Of a stretch of 64,000 nucleotides of DNA, positions 63,111 to 64,000 are shown one piece after another. The position numbers were made by a program, and so were the translations under genes. The number at the start of each line of letters is the position of its first letter. Within the stretch, counting starts at the first letter, position 1. This DNA is from Sphyrna mokarran (Eukaryota), in the NCBI GenBank assembly GCA_024679065.1, contig JAGIQG010000009.1, positions 95,666,001-95,730,000 on the forward strand, given 5' to 3'. The notes under the pieces are model-generated. The model was not told the origin of the DNA, searched no databases, and worked only from the letters and a program-made list of their open reading frames with translations.

Positions 63111-64000
63111 TGAGCAATAGATCTAGCAACTCCAGTCTGGGCATCCATGAGGTTCTGTGGACCAATAGCAGCACCAGAATTGTATTCAATCACAATCTGG
63201 TCTGGCATATCCCCCATTCCACCATCAAAACTGAGCTAGAGGTTTATCTCTGGTTCAATGAGGACTGCAGGAGGGCATGGCTATAAATGAGATGTCAACC
63301 TGATGAAGCTACAATACAGAATTACTTGTGTGCCAAGTAGCAACAGCAGCAAGGGATAGACAGAACTAAGTGATCCCAGAATCAGTTGACTGGATTCAAG
63401 TCTGCAGTCCTGCCATATCCAGGGATGAATGGTGGCGGAGAATTAAATAACTCACTGAAGGAGGAGGCTCCACAAATATCCCACCCTCAATGTCTGGGGA
63501 GTCCAGTACATCAGTGCAAAAGATCAGACTGTAGTGTTTAGAACAATCTTCAGCCTGAGTTGCTGAGTAAATTATTCATCTTGGCCTCCTCCAGAAGCCC
63601 CAACATCACAGGTACTAGTCTTCGTTCACTCCACACAATATCAACAAATGGATGAAGGCACAGGATACTGCACAGGCTATTGGGCCTGACATATTGCAGC
63701 AACAGTACTTCAATCCACTCTTGATTATCAGTAAAGAGAGGCAGGAGGTCATGAATGATGCTATCAAGCGGCACTTAGCAAGGACATGGACAATAGGGCT
63801 GAACTCCAAGGGAGAGGTAAAAATGCCATTGATATCAAGGCAGCGTTTGACAGAGTGTGACACCAAGGAGCCTTAGCAAAACTGGAGTAAATGGAAATTG
63901 GTGGTAAATCTTCCGTTGGTTGGAGTCATACCTAGCACAAAGAGAAATTGTTGTGATGGTCGTATGTCTATCATTTCGACTATAGAACATCAGTTCCTCA
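63110..64000 (+). mobile_element. Degenerate L2/CR1-type LINE fragment
   Basis: Homologous to the 8312-9200 RT region (DTAQAIGPD). Confidence 0.7.

Overview
Cartilaginous-fish (shark-like) genomic DNA holding a cluster of three MHC class I heavy-chain paralogues, similar to the shark UAA lineage but with non-classical features, plus a relic fourth leader exon. Gene A (minus, ATG 22533/22548 to TM exon ending 6996) has open exons 1-5, a GC donor at exon 3 amplified into a ~30-unit minisatellite, Trp-rich alpha1/alpha2 domains, and has lost the cytoplasmic exons. Gene B (minus, 40236 to 33221) has a 5-nt frameshift deletion in alpha1 and a GC donor at exon 4, so it is probably a pseudogene. Gene C (plus, 48881 to 60353) is intact with 8 exons. 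All three keep S-X-Y/CCAAT promoter modules. The rest is retroelement-rich: CR1 LINEs (one near-complete ORF2 whose 3'UTR contains a SINE body and a covarying hairpin), L2/CR1-type LINEs, HE1-like SINEs, Penelope-like elements with minimal hammerhead motifs, and an ERV fragment with a tRNA-Lys PBS. Region ~49780-52860 has N gaps and looks low quality. Exon boundaries were read by hand; repeat boundaries are approximate.
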